From: Dipteris shenzhenensis
Lineage: Eukaryota
Strand: one strand, 5' to 3'
Length of the DNA stretch: 64,000 nt
NCBI GenBank assembly: GCA_047967505.1
Contig: CM106538.1
The position numbers were made by a program, and so were the translations under genes. The notes below the pieces were generated by a model. The model was given only the letters and a program-made list of their open reading frames with translations, had not been told where the DNA came from and made no database searches. Below are positions 1-13,330 of the stretch, in pieces (positions within the stretch are counted from its first letter, which is position 1; the number at the start of each line of letters is the position of its first letter).

Positions 1-562
1 GCCTGCAAAAACGAGTGGATCTGCAAGGTAGGCAATGCTATACTCAACACACCCACACTATTGGGATGCCAACATACACAACTTGGGTGAGAATCACACC
101 ATTAATTGGCCCCATTGATTGAGCCATACTCTAGGGTGGAAAGGAACATCCAAGGCACATTGATCCAGGCACTTCAACAACATGAAGAACACATGTGCGA
201 TAATATTGACCACATCCTATGGCAAAGTGCTATCTTTTTCAAGACCTTGTAATTCATTCTGAGGCTTTCATCCACATCGAGTGACTACCATCTTCCTGCA
301 CTCATTTTCAATGCTAATGGCAAGATCAATGTCCAAACCACAAGCAAACTCTATTAAAGAGTCATCCTCTTAGAGGCTCACCACATATGTCTCTTTGAAC
401 AGATGGTGGATACATGCTTCTTGGAAACTGAGCAAAAGGTTTATGGTGTGAAGGATTAATTGGCATGTTCCACAACCCACTAGGTTACATGCTTGGCTTC
501 CCAACTCTATGATCATAATCGGCCATAACCCAAGAATGGGTAATAAAATGGCTCCGGGGGTA
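1..562 (+). mobile_element. 3' internal region of a Ty3/gypsy-type LTR retrotransposon (same family as 28275-38213)
   Basis: Reverse-complement homology to 28725-29270 (340-440 matches ~28865-28965). Ends in PPT-like GGGTAATAAAATGGCTCCGGGGGTA just before the LTR TG at 563. Confidence 0.7.
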
Positions 563-1485
563 TGTTAACTCTATGTCAACATGCACTCAAGCAACGTAGA
601 ATGTGTGTGTAGAGTAGCGGCAAAGCTCTACTTGTACTTACATGAGCCTAGGAATAATCTCTCAAGAATCTCTTTTAGGAATCCTAGGAATCCCTCATGC
701 GATTCCTATATGCACATCCTACATGCAAGTTCTAGATCTCCTAAATATGCATTCTACATGCAATTCCTACATGGAATCTCTACATGCCATTACTATATGC
801 GCATCCTAGATGCAATTCCTACATGTAGAGAGAGAAATTTCTACAATTCCTATATGCAAACAAAGAAGATCTCCAACTTGTATAAATATCTCATGATGGA
901 ATGAAGCCCACACTCTTTGGGGCATTGTGTTCAGTTCTACTTTGGTGTGCTAGGTAATTGTCTCCAATGTCCATGCTCCCTTGCACTCTCACGTCTAATA
1001 GCATATTCTACCCTTGCCTCCTACTCCCTCCTCCTCCAAGCCTGCAACTCCTCCTGGGTCCTCTCCTCTTCCCTTCTTCTCTCTCTCCCACAACCCCTTT
1101 GCTCTTGCACCTTTCTCTCCCACTCCTATGCTTCTCCTAAACCCTTACTCTCCTAGATTAGTTTTTCAACCCTTGACCTCCAAGATCCATGAGGGAGATG
1201 AGTTCACCACCATGTACTTTATTCTGAACCTTGGATCCTCTTTCTAACCTTGAATCTCCTTCTGAATTCCAAAACCTTCTTCTGAATATTGAAACTTATT
1301 CTAACCTTAAATCCCCCATGGAGGCAAAATCCTTCATTCTCCCAACCATGTTGTTGAATTTTTGTTTCATCAAGCATATGTGCAACATCTACTTTTCACA
1401 CTTGAGCCTACATCTCTTACCAAAATATATTCCAAGATCCTATGCTGCACATATTCTTCTACAACAACAATGACATTGATATATC
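563..1485 (+). repeat. LTR, right end uncertain (possibly truncated by the copia element)
   Basis: Starts TGTTAACTC after the PPT and contains TGCAAnTCCTACA/TTCTACATG short repeats. Homologous to 28275-28724 and 37620-38213 (inverted) and to 37203-37570 (same strand). Confidence 0.75.
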
Positions 1486-2660
1486 AGTACGTGATGAGAG
1501 ATTTGAACAACGGAAGTGGAACGAAAGAGGGTGAGAGAGAGGGAGAGCCAAAAGAGAGAGCCACACAAGTTTTGGTGGGTGCAAAAGACCCTAATCTTCT
1601 ATGTCATCCATATGTATATGTGTTTGAGTATTGTACATAACTGGGGTTAAGGCACAGTGTCCTTTAACCACCACAACCTCCCACTTAAAGGCCAATGTGC
1701 ATTTAAGGGAGAAGAACCAGTGGACATACTATCCAATGCCCAACAATACATGACAATACTCAAACCACTGATAGTACATGATGAGAGGTTTCAACAACGG
1801 AAGTGGAACGAAAGAGGGTGAGAGAGAGGGAGAGTCAAAAGAGAGAGCCACACAAGTTTTGGTGGGTGCAAAAGACCCTAATCTTCTATGTCATCCATAT
1901 GTATATGTGTTTGAGTATTGTACATAACTGGGGTTAAGGCACAGTGTCCTTTAGCCACCACAACCTCCCACTTAAAGGCCAATGTGCATTTAAGGGAGAA
2001 AAACCAGTGGACATACTATCCAATGCCCAACAATACATGATGATACTCAAACCGCTGTGACTAGGTAGACTCTGCATCAGCAAATCTATAGGGTTATCAT
2101 CTGTATGAACCTTGACAAGCTATATGCACTTGTCCTCAAGTACCTCCCTGATGAAATGGTACCTGACCTCAATGTGTTTGGTCTTTGCATGAAAGATTGG
2201 ATTCCATGCTAGTTGAATAGCACTCTTGAATCACTATGCAATGTTGGTACAACTGTATGAATACCCAAATCTCCCACTAGCGGATCAAGCCATATAGCCT
2301 CCTTGCAACCCTCTATGGTTGCAACATACTTAGACTTTGTGCTAGACAAAGCAACACATTTCTGTGCACGAGACATGCGACATCCACAACACTACACCAC
2401 TTGCAAAGGTGAACACATAACCAGAAGTGAATCTCCTACTATCCACATAACCAGAAGTGGATCTCCTACTATCCACATGCCCTACATAGTCTAAATCTAT
2501 GTACCCAAGTACCACATCTCTTCTTTGCGAAAGTAGATGCACATCTATTTGGATCATTCATGTACCTCATGATGCACTTAACTGCCTCCCAATGCCTCTT
2601 TCTTGGATTAGCCATATACCGGCCATCAACTCCCACTACAAATGCAATGTCCTTTCTAGT
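1482..2660 (-). mobile_element. Ty1/copia 3' end: RT/RNase H remnant with duplicated PPT+LTR
   Basis: Minus-strand GYIDLDYVGHVDSRRSTSGY...F and TKHIEVRYHFIRE motifs. PPT AAGTGGGAGG is followed by a ~190-bp LTR TGTGGTGG...TACTATCA. 287-bp tandem duplication at 1486-1772/1773-2059. Confidence 0.85.
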
Positions 2661-2949
2661 AGCCTATCATAGAATACATAAGACTCTTGAACCATTGATG
2701 CATAAGGAACCTTGGCCATCATGGCCCTCTCCTCATCTTATTTGGGACTATCTTATAGAGAAAGTAATTTTTACTACATAAATGATGCAAGATACCTAGC
2801 AAACCCTATTCTCTAGATACATTTATAAAAAATCCTCATTCTAACTGAAAATATCTCTTTCTAATCTAGGAAATCTCTATAATTTCCTAGTTTACTATAT
2901 ATATGAACTAGATCTAGGTAGGTAGCTCTACTGACACACCCCTGTGTTT

Positions 2950-4150
2950 ATTCGAATTCCATAATCTTAGCATATAACCACATGTTTTGTTTTTCAAAAA
3001 ATGGATTTAATACATAGCAATATGTATTTTGCACATAGCACTTTGCATTCAATACATAGCACTTTGCATTTTGCACATAGAACTTTGCATTTGCTACATA
3101 AACCACACATTTGTGTGGGGGAAGAGTTGGCACACTTCCTCTCCAAAAATTATAAGACCAAGGAACGTGCCTTTCTGTAAGTTCATTTCAATTTATATTT
3201 AGCATAAATGCAATTTGGATTTTTCATGTAGCAATTCGAAATCTTCATGTAGCACTTTGCATTTGTCTTAGAGCACTTTGCATTTGGCTTAGAGTACTTT
3301 GCATTTAGCACATAACCACACATTTGTGTGGTGGGAGAGTTGGTACACTTCCCCTCCAAAAATTATAAGACCAAGGAATGTGCCCTTCCTTGTGTTCATA
3401 TCAATTTGCATTTATCACTTATCAATTTGCACATAGCATATAGCAATTTGAATTCAGCACATAGCACTTTGCACTTAGCACATAACCAACGTAAAAGTTT
3501 TAAGACCAAGGAACATGCCCTTCCTTGGATTTATTTCACTTTGCATGAACATAGCAATTTGAAATTGGCATAGAGCTTTGCATTTGGCACATAGCATTTG
3601 ACTTTGATCACATAACAATTTGAACTTGGCACATAGCACTTTGCATTTGGCATGTAGCACATAACCACACATTTGTGTAGGGGGATAGTTAGCATGCTTC
3701 CTCTCCAAAAATTAAGACCAAGGAAAGTGCCCTTCCTTGGGTTCATATCATTTTATTTAAGCACATATCAATTTGAAATTAGCATAGAACTTTGCATTTG
3801 GCACATAAAACTTTGCATTTAGCACATAGTACTTTGAATTTATCACATAACAATTTGAATTTGGCACATAGCACTTTGCATTTCACACGTAGCACTTTGT
3901 ATGTAGACATAACCACACGTTTGTATAGGGGGAGAGTTGGCGTGCTTGCTCTTCAAAAATGATAAGACCAAGGAATATGCCCTTACTTGGGTTCATATCA
4001 TTTTATATTAGCACATAGCAATTTGAAATTGGCATAGAACTTTGGCACATAGTACTTTGCATTTCGTACATAAATTGTGATATTATCACATAAGAATTGG
4101 AATTTGTCACATAAAAGTCTACAGTCTCTACACTAGCACTTTGCATTTAT
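2950..4150. repeat. Higher-order minisatellite of ~21-bp TAGCACTTTGCATTT(A/G)GCACA units
   Basis: Runs of 21-mers punctuated about five times by a longer block ATAACCACACATTTGT...AAGACCAAGGAA..TGCCCTTCC. Confidence 0.85.
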
Positions 4151-4691
4151 TGTGTATTGATATTAAAATTTTGTCTTATTGAAACCAAGTAGTGCCTGAT
4201 CAACCTCACCCATACGATTTGGTCACCCTTTAGAGTAGTTGATTCACTATCAATACAACAACCATCAAATCTAGCAGCTCTATGTAAAAGACCTTAGCAT
4301 TTGTTTAGAAAATAATGAGCTTTCCTATAATTCCCTCCATCTCATGCACCCTCTTCACCTTCTTCTTGTCCCTCTCCTATATTTCCGATAGTGCAATCAA
4401 CCTTACTTGCTACAAACATAAGCAGTTTTACTCAGACCTATAGCCCTTTTGCCAATTCTACCTAACGCTACTCTTTCATAGTAGCAAGCCCTCTAAAAAG
4501 ATGAGTTCATAAAAGATGAATGTAGTGCTACTAGCATGGGTTTTTGACTATCCTACAAAGAAAGTCACCTTCTTATATCAATCAAAAGTCAACTTCTTGC
4601 TATAAAAGTAAGAGAGCAATATACATAAACCTTACCATGATAGTCAAAAATCTAAAAGCCAATGGTTCAACATCACTTGCTATCAGCTATC

Positions 4692-6303
4692 TATTGGGAT
4701 ATCTCAAGGTGTATGCCTCAGGCACACCTTGGTTTCTATGTGTGAGTGCTAGAGGCACAGTTAGGTGCCCATAAGCACAGTTAGGTGGTGGTAAGCCACA
4801 TAGGATGATTGAGAGAATCTAGGAGCAGATTGAGGAGATGATTGTGGAGCAGATGAAGGTGAAATTTGCATTGATGAGGGAAAACCTTTGGGGACTTGTA
4901 AAACCGGCTTCAACTTCTTCTTCTACAGCCTCCAATGCTGGAGAATACTCAGCTCCGACATGCCCGGCAAGGGATCCCACTAGAGAGGAGAAAGCATATG
5001 GTATCATTGCTCTTCCTTTAGGAGATGATTATATTCATCACATCTCTGACTTAGAGTCTCCTTCAGAAGCTTGGCAGAAGCTTGACATGATTTTTGGTGC
5101 TAGCTCTCACATCTCAAATTATCACTTAAAATCTCTTTCTTTGAATTGAAGATGGTTAGTGCACTCCTTTGGCAGCCCATGTCAATTACATGCGGAGTCT
5201 TATGACTCAACTTGCTTCTATCAACTCTCCTATCACTACAGATGATGCTATGGTAGTGTTGCTTAAGAGTATGCCTGAAGATTATGATCATATTGTTACC
5301 ACTTTAAAAAATCTTCCTAATCCTAATCTTGAAGGTATTATCTCTGCTCTCCAAGAAGAAGAAAGGCACATGGAGCTTAGGAAAGGCAATGACACAGCTT
5401 ATGCCATAAAAGTCCAAAAGGGCAAGTTTTCACCTTGCAATCATTGTGGGAAGACAAATCACCACTCAAAGGACTGCTTCAAAATCAATCCATGCAAACA
5501 CTGTGGCAAAAACAATCATCATGAGAAGTTTTGCAGAGCCAAAAAGGAAGCAACTTCAAAGACAGAAAATGCCAATCTACTTTCAGTTGATGTGCCTCCA
5601 CAAGATGAGGCATCCTTTGAAGATTATGCTTTTTAAATCATCTCTATGTATGCTCCAGATCTCTCTTTTTATGTTGAGTCAAGGTACTCAGCCTGGATAG
5701 TCCTCCAAAATGAATGAAATAAACTATTGTGTTTTGTGTGTTTTGTAAACACCTCTGGTCACCTTATGATATAGGGCATGTGTATGTTTTTTTGTTCCAT
5801 GGTACCTCCTGCAGACATTGTGTGCATGTACATGCAGGGGACATAACCATTGGAAGGTCTTTTTGTATCCCTTTTGTTTACCTTACACCCATGGGAACCC
5901 TTGCTAGCTTGAGATCCTAGCCATTGATAGATCCATGACCACCATGAGATGGCATGAGACACCTTGTGCTAGCTGTATCCTTGACATAGCCTGAGGCATT
6001 CCCTTGAGGGGGGGTTTGTTGGGATATCTCAAGGTGTATGCCTCAGGCACACCTTGGTTTCTATGTGTGAGTGCTAGAGGCACAGTTAGGTGCCCATAAG
6101 CACAGTTAGGTGGTGGTAAGCCACATAGGATGATTGAGAGAATCTAGGAGCAGATTAAGGAGATGATTGTGGAGCTCTGAAGTCATCAGTGATGTCAGTG
6201 AGCATGTAAGAGGTGCCTACATAAGGACCTCACTCTTCTTCATTCTATATGCAAGTATTCTAAGTTTGTGTTCACTCTATTCTTTCCTTTCAGTTTACCA
6301 ACA
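4692..6303 (+). mobile_element. Non-autonomous gag-only copia-type LTR element (TR-GAG-like)
   Basis: LTR copies 4692-4850 and 6017-6303 (2 mismatches in 159 shared bp). 3' LTR is TG...CA, PPT at 6006-6014, 5-bp TSD CTATC at 4687-4691 and 6304-6308. Confidence 0.9.
4853..5636 (+). pseudogene. gag: Copia-type Gag with two CCHC zinc knuckles; one frameshift near 5100-5150
   Basis: FALMRENLWGLV, EAWQKL, LLKSMPEDYDHIVTTL, CNHCGKTNHHSKDC and CKHCGKNNHHEKFC. Stop at 5636 with no pol following. Confidence 0.88.
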
Positions 6304-8539
6304 CTATCTATAGCCAACTCGTCATTGTGTGGTTGGCTTGAAATAGTTAGGCTTTCCCACAGCAAGAATTACTCTCATACCCTATCACAAAAGTGCATAC
6401 TTACAATAAAATCTTGTTGGAGATCCTTGGAAGGTTCTTCAAGCTATTTGATGAAGGGTTGTTAAACATCCCTCCACTTATGGAGAACTTGCTTTATTGC
6501 AACTACAATGGTTGGCAATAATTGACTATAAGGAACAAAAGGCTTGAAGAATCATGATGCCTTGGCCTTGTATCAGCAACAATGCACTACATTGACGAAT
6601 GCACAAAGTAGAAGAATCTCTCACCCAAGGGATCCTCTAATTGAGCTTAAAACATATATTTAGTCGTATGTTTAGATATCCCATTACAAATCTCTTATTA
6701 GATCCTTTGTCTATGTACCAAGACTCCTATGAGAGCATTTGGAACTACAAACTCCACCTTTATATTGTTGATTCTTAGGACTTCTCCACTCAATTTGTAA
6801 AAAGATGAGAAATAGTCCAAACTCTAAATTGTTATCATGTTGGCGTTAGTACCTTTATCATTTACACAGTGAAAGCTTTCACATGTATTCTTAACAAAAC
6901 CAAACTCTGCCTCATAAAAAGATTTAACTTGATCATCAACATACTAATTTAGCATGCCCCAACTACAAGAGTTGGGGAATGGCGTTTCTAGGTTCAAGAT
7001 CCCAAGTATGGTACTGTAACATTACAAGATTCAAAAAGATACTGTGCAATGTATCATAAATAATCAACAGATTGCTTTTTTAGATCAACATTCTTCTATC
7101 TTTCTTCCATCAACAAAGGATACTCTTGTGATACCATAGCAACACTTGGACAAAGCCTTTCTCTTTCACTTAATGGAATGTTCCTTTAGCTTTGTGTCAG
7201 ATGTTTTTGCTTGGGAATGTCCTGTGTGACCCCTTAATAGGACTGCACACCGTTGCTGGCTTCAACCCAACATCTCTATTGTCTTGGCTTCTTCCATGCT
7301 TGTCCTATCAGTCTCATTGCCTCCACCTTCTTCTTGTCATCCTACATGCTAGCATCTGCATGGATGTCTGCATGGATGTTAGACATCAACACATAAGCTA
7401 AGTATCCTTTTCATTGAATTACAATGCATGTTCAAAGGCCAACCTAATTCCAAATGACATATCACCCCAATGGCATTTTTGATAAGCACCAAACACTATA
7501 TGCCACACCACAATATTAGGATGAAAAGGCATTTTCTTGAACATTGATAGCACCTCGTCGAGACCTCATCCAATTGGCTTGCATGACCAAGGATATCAAC
7601 AATGGTAAATGTGTTCACCTTCTCCTAGCTGGTGATATCTTGCAATTAGTGCATTTGATGAGACTACGTCTCCAACTAGAAGCGTGCCAAGTACTTTCTC
7701 TTCTTTTGCATGCAAGCCACATTTTGCATACATACCAACCATGGTAATGGGAAGTAGCAAGCTAAGGGTGTCCACTTTTTGTTCACTCCCCATTCCTTAG
7801 GAGGTGGAAAAACAAGCTTTTTAGCACACAAAAATGCAAATCTCAACTGCTTCCCTATGGATCTAGTCTTTGAAGTCTTCAGACACAACATCACACTTGC
7901 TATTGTGTACACAATCATATAGTCTTATCGAAAATTCGATGCACACACAAAAAATTTCTTTGTGTCACACGGCATGGTTCCAGGGTGGTCACACCTTTGT
8001 CATGAACAGACAGTGTTATATTAAATTCTAAATTTCCCACTCATTTTTCATTAAATGTTATTGAAACTTTGTAAGTGGTCTCTTTACATTATGTAGAGCT
8101 TAACTTGATTTATTGGTAATTTTTTGAATGATTTATGTAATTATAAATAATTATTTATAATAAATAAAGTCATAAAATACATGCATTTTAGTAGCACACC
8201 ACATTTTTTTAGTATTTTGAATAATTAAGCAAATCCAATTTGGTGGAAGGTTAGTAGGCACATAAGGGTGTGTGGTTGAATCATCAAATCCCAAATCCAA
8301 CGGTTAGATTTAGGAAGATTGAAGTTTAATTTTTACTTTTACTCCTCTGAGGATCAACAAAGAATATTAAAAATAAATCTAGTAATTCTCAAACATGACC
8401 AAACATTTGAAAAATGTCAATATTATTATTCTCCACATGATGAATAAGGGGAAAAAATTTTGGTTAAATTCGAGTAAGGGAAACGTACGATATGGCCTCC
8501 AAGAGTGAAATCTCCCTTTTGTGGGGGAAAAAGGGCCAC

Positions 8540-8583
8540 CCAAGCCTAATACCAAGACAAGGTAGGCTTGGTATTAGGCTTGG
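8540..8583. repeat. Perfect 17-bp hairpin with 10-nt loop
   Basis: CCAAGCCTAATACCAAG (8540-8556) and CTTGGTATTAGGCTTGG (8567-8583). Confidence 0.9.
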
Positions 8584-9059
8584 TGAGGTAGGCTAGGAAC
8601 ATCACCGACCCTAGTGGCAATCCTTTGGAGTGTTCATGTTGCCCATGTGGAAGGCTGAGTCATCTAGTTTTGCCTTACAACCATGCCACGTTGTTAGACC
8701 GCGTGGTGCCATGTCATCAAGGAGATGTGACATCACTCCTTGCCATGTCACCTTACATTGCCACACGTGCTGCCACATCAGCCACATGTGCCACCTCATC
8801 ATTCCACATCATAGGAACTCTTGGAGCCATGTCATCACACCTTGCCATCTTGGCATACCCCATCAACCTTGCCATGTCACCAATCCCTCCACCTCAATTT
8901 GCCATGTCAATCTACCACCTCATGAATGCCAACTCATCCTGCCACATCACATTTCCACATCATGGAAGAGACTCATATATTCCACACCATATTGCCACAT
9001 CATGACCATGCATGGTGCCACATCAGCCACATCTATACACATCACGATGTGCGCAAGGC

Positions 9060-9347
9060 ATAGAATACCTCGATTGAGGTTTATGACTGCGATGTGCGAG
9101 GCATAAAATACCTCGATCAAGGTTTATGACCTGCATGAGGCATGGAATACCTCGATCGAGGTTTATGACCTGCATGAGGCATGGAATACCTCGATTGAGG
9201 TTTATGACCTGCATGAGGCATGGAATACCTCGATCGAGGTTATTGACCGTGGGGTATGTACCTCGATCGAGGTTTATACCTACGTGAGGCATTGAATACC
9301 TCGATCGAGGTATATTACCTAGGCTTATCATACCTCGATCAAGGTAT
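9060..9347. repeat. Left array of palindrome TACCTCGATCGAGGT(A/T), 8 copies
   Basis: Copies near 9066, 9109, 9148, 9187, 9226, 9259, 9297 and 9331, with a 39-bp period in the middle of the array. Confidence 0.92.
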
Positions 9348-9591
9348 TAGTAGAACAAAACTGGAATAAAATCAAACGATGCAAATATTCAAAATTAACG
9401 TTGGATCCCAGCCAATTAGTTTCAATCTTAGCACCTTCTCCACCAATAATAATGAAGAGCAATCTAAGAGCAATCTAGTGGATGAGGTTAGGCTCTCTAT
9501 AAGACACCACGTTTTGGTTCATTTCACCCATTCTTAGCCATTCTTGCCTCCTCATCACTTTGTCACACCTTCCATCCTACTTTCATTGAGA

Positions 9592-11765
9592 ATGGGTTCT
9601 CAAAGCCGTAGATCTAGTAGACGTGAAAGATGTAGGAACCCCCCCCAAATCTCATTGACGAGGAGTGCAAGCGAAAGGCTCGTGAGCACAAGAGAGCCTC
9701 TAGAGCTAGAGCTCGCGCTGCCACCATCGATCCACCTCCACCTCTACATCCCACCTCTACCTCCACCTCCACCCCCACCCCCACCCCCACCTCGATTGTC
9801 CCCCCATCCTCATCCGCTCCCCTACCTCCAGCCTCCGCCCTTCCCCTACCTCTTCCCCCTCCCCTCGTTCCCCTTGGCGCCTCCACCTCTACCTCTTCCC
9901 CCTCCCCCCTCCCCCTCCCCCTCCCCCTGTTCCCCTTGGCGCCTCCCTTCCCCTCTCCACCCTACCATCTCCCATTGATCCCCTTGCCCCACCTTGCAGC
10001 AGCAGTGTTGCTTCACGACGTGACTTGCTGAAGTCCACTATCCATCATCATACTAGCAAGATTATGCAGTCTTTTTTTTGTGACCTCATGCCAGCTTCGC
10101 AGTCTTCTCTTCTCACGTCCTTGATTGATCACCATGACTTGGTAGATGAGGCTTGCTGGTCTTGGTGCACGTAGAGATAGGGTTGTATGTAGCAAGGTGC
10201 TTAGTAGTGTTCGACATTCCTATGCTTCTATTAAGCATACGAACTCCAGTGATGCCTTGGCAGCACGTCGTGCTATTGTGGCTACCATTAGTAGACCTCC
10301 TATGATAGGCCATGTGCGTACCGCTTCACGTCTTCTTCAGATTGCACCACGCACATTGCGAGCAGGCATGATTAGGAGGCAGAGTCTAGAGGATAGTGAG
10401 ACTGATGCTCTTTGGGCTTCGAGTGGTCATGCACCTCGCAGCGATCGATTGTTGGATGATTCCACTAGGTCCTTCATACAACAGTTTTGGGAGGAGCATT
10501 GCAGAGCATCCCCGGTGTTCAAGAAGGCATTGCAGAAGAGGGTGTCACGCGGTGTGTACATTGAGCATGGTGCATGTTTTTTGGAGTGTACCCAGACTGA
10601 GTTGTACACTCAGTCTGTAGAGGCGCACCCAGAGTTCAGGATTGGGCAGAGGTCATTTGAGCGATGCTCTCAGGAGCGTGACACATGCTGTTGTCGCTAC
10701 CATGTGGATTTTGGATTGATGTATGACGTATTCCGTTCCCTTGATGGTCATAGGGGAGTGGTTCCTACTAGCCCTCGCAACTTCATTCATTCCATATTGT
10801 GTACACGAGATGGTGATGCTTTATTCCACTCCCTTGATTGTGTGGAAGGCAGGTGTACTTTGTGTGGTGACTTTGCTAGAGTGCCACGAGTTGCACTAGA
10901 TACTTGTGATGTGCAGATGGTTCGTTGGCAGCAGTATGAGTTCAGTACCTTGACATTAGATGGTGGTGCACAGTCGAGGAGGTTGTAGCTTGTGGGGAAG
11001 GAGACACCACGTGTTGTATTCATTGACAGTTTTCGAGGGAAGTTGTACCGCTACATATGCCACTCGCACACTGTGAAATGGGAGGATCGTCAATTCCGTG
11101 CATGTTTGAGGACATTTCCTACAAGGGTGGTTGTCTCAGTGGTGGACTTTGCGGAGAATTACACCTTTGCACCACAGCATGAGATCCAATCAGAGTATTA
11201 TTTCTCCGAACAGGTGACGTGTGATTGAGTATTGATTTTTTTATGGCCTCATTATATTGAATTATTTCAATAGTCATATTTTTTTTCAATGCCATATTGC
11301 AGGTTGCTATATTTGTGCACATTAGCTATCGTCATGCACAGGCTCATGTGGATAGCATTGATAGCACCATGGACTCATGCATCATTGTGCGAGAGTATCA
11401 CTTCTACATTAGTGATGATCGATCGCATGATGCCCATTTTGTGCAGCATTGCTTCACTTTGCATGATAGTTTCTTGAGGGATCATGGTGTCACATGGCAG
11501 CGGCGCTGGATCTGGTCAGACAACTGTGGTGGTCAGTTCAAATCCGCTAGACAGTTTTATTGGTTCTGTAGATGGCACCGTGAGACAGGCATTCCGATCA
11601 CATGGAGCTACTTCGAGACAGGGCACGGTAAGGGAGAGCATGATGGTGCAGGTGCTTGCGTGAAGCGTGCTTTGCATCGATACCAGTTGCGTCACACTGC
11701 CGATCGCTTCAAGGATGCACATGATGTGGTGCGGTGGTGCAGCCAGCACTTATCCACTAATGCTA
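9592..11765 (+). pseudogene. Sola2-type transposase pseudogene with intron 11214-11302
   Basis: Pro-rich N-terminus, CCCRYH, CVEGRCTLCG, VDFAENYTFAPQHEIQSEYY, ISDDRSHDAHF, WSDNCGGQFK and YFETGHGKGEHDGAGACVKR. In-frame TAG at 10986-10988. GT..AG intron joins EQ|VAIFVH in frame. Truncated by the AT array. TATA-like CTATAA near 9497. Confidence 0.82.
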
Positions 11766-11769
11766 TCCA

Positions 11770-13330
11770 CTTTAAAATGCATTTGAAATTTAGAAATATT
11801 TTATAATTATAAATAGATGAATTAAAAAAACAAAATATATACATTTTCACATTTTAAATAAAAAATTACGTAATTAAAAAAAATTATTTTAAAAAAATTT
11901 AAAATGCATTTGAAATTCTGAAATATTTTATAATTAGATTACATTTTCCTTTAAACTCTTATTTTCTTTTTTTTTCAAAGATCATTTTTAAAAATAAAAT
12001 TTAAACGTTTTTTTATTTATATAAAAATAGCACTAATTTAAAAAACAACTTTAATCTCTTTTTTTTAAAGATGATTTTCAAAAATAAAATATTTACATTT
12101 TCACATTTTAAATAAAAAATTACGTAATTCCAAAAAAAAATAAAAATACTTTAAAATGCATTTGAAATTTAGAAATATTTTATAATTATAAATATATGAA
12201 TTTAAAAAACAAAATATATACATTTTCAAATTTTAAATAAAAAATTACGTTATTTGAAAAAATTATTTAAAAAAAATTAAAATGCATTTGAAATTCTGAA
12301 ATATTTTATAATTAGATTACATTTTCCTATAAACTCTTATTTTCTTTTTTTTCAAAGATTATTTTTAAAAATAAAATTTAAACGTTTTTTATTTAAATAA
12401 AAATAGCACTAATTTAAAAAATAACTTTAATCTCTTTTTTTTTAAAAGATGATTTTAAAAAACAAAATATTTACATTTTCACATTTTAAATAAAAAATTA
12501 CGTAATTCCAAAAAAAATAAAAAAACTTTAAAATGCATTTGAAATTTAGAAATATTTTATAATTATAAAAAGATGAATTAAAAAAACAAAATATATACAT
12601 TTTCACATTTTAAATAAAAAATTACGTAATTAAAAAAATTATTTAAAAAAATTTAAAATGCATTTGAAATTCTGAAATATTTTATAATTAGATTACATTT
12701 TCCTGTAAACTCTTATTTTCTTTTTTTTTCAAAGATCATTTTTAAAAATAAAATTTAAAAGTTTTTTTATTTAAATAAAAATAGCACTAATTTAAAAAAT
12801 AACTTTAATCTCTTTTTTTTTAAAAGATGATTTTCAAAAACAAAATATTTACATTTTCACATTTTAAATAAAAAATTACGTAATTTCACAAAATAAATAA
12901 AAATACTTTAAAATGCATTTGAAATTTAGAAATATTTTATAATTATAAATAGATGAATTAAAAAAACAAAATATATACATTTTTAAATTTTAAATAAAAA
13001 ATTACACAATTTAAAAAAAAATATTTAAAAAAAATTTAAAATGCATTTGAAATTTTGAAATATTTTATAATTACATTACATTTTCCTATAAACTCTTATT
13101 TTCTTTTTTTTTCAAAGATCATTTTTAAAAATAAAATTTACACGTTTTTTTATTTAAATAAAAATAGGACTAATTTAAAAAATAACTTCAATCTCTTTTT
13201 TTTTAAAGATGATTTTAAAAAACAAATTATTTACATTTTCACATTTTCAATAAAAAATTACGTAATTCCAAAAAAAAATTAAAAAAACTTTAAAATGCAT
13301 TTGAAATTTAGAAATATTTTATAATTATTC
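11770..13330. repeat. AT-rich tandem satellite, ~380-bp unit, ~4 copies
   Basis: CTTTAAAATGCATTTGAAATTTAGAAATA recurs near 11770, 12149, 12526, 12906 and 13288; each unit contains internal sub-repeats. Confidence 0.95.

Larger units (their letters stand above)
4170..7500 (-). mobile_element. Highly decayed Ty3/gypsy pol remnant, host of the gag-only element
   Basis: Minus-strand traces of an RNase H C-terminal LLL.QEVDF-like motif near 4590 and a possible RT MSFG near 7450; many stops. Confidence 0.35.

Noticed and set aside
9544-9978. Extensin/proline-rich protein gene
   Set aside because: Low-complexity C-rich tract at the transposase 5' end; no signal peptide or regular SPPPP/YXY repeats.
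13055-13282. 75-aa K/F/N-rich ORF
   Set aside because: Chance ORF in the AT-rich satellite.
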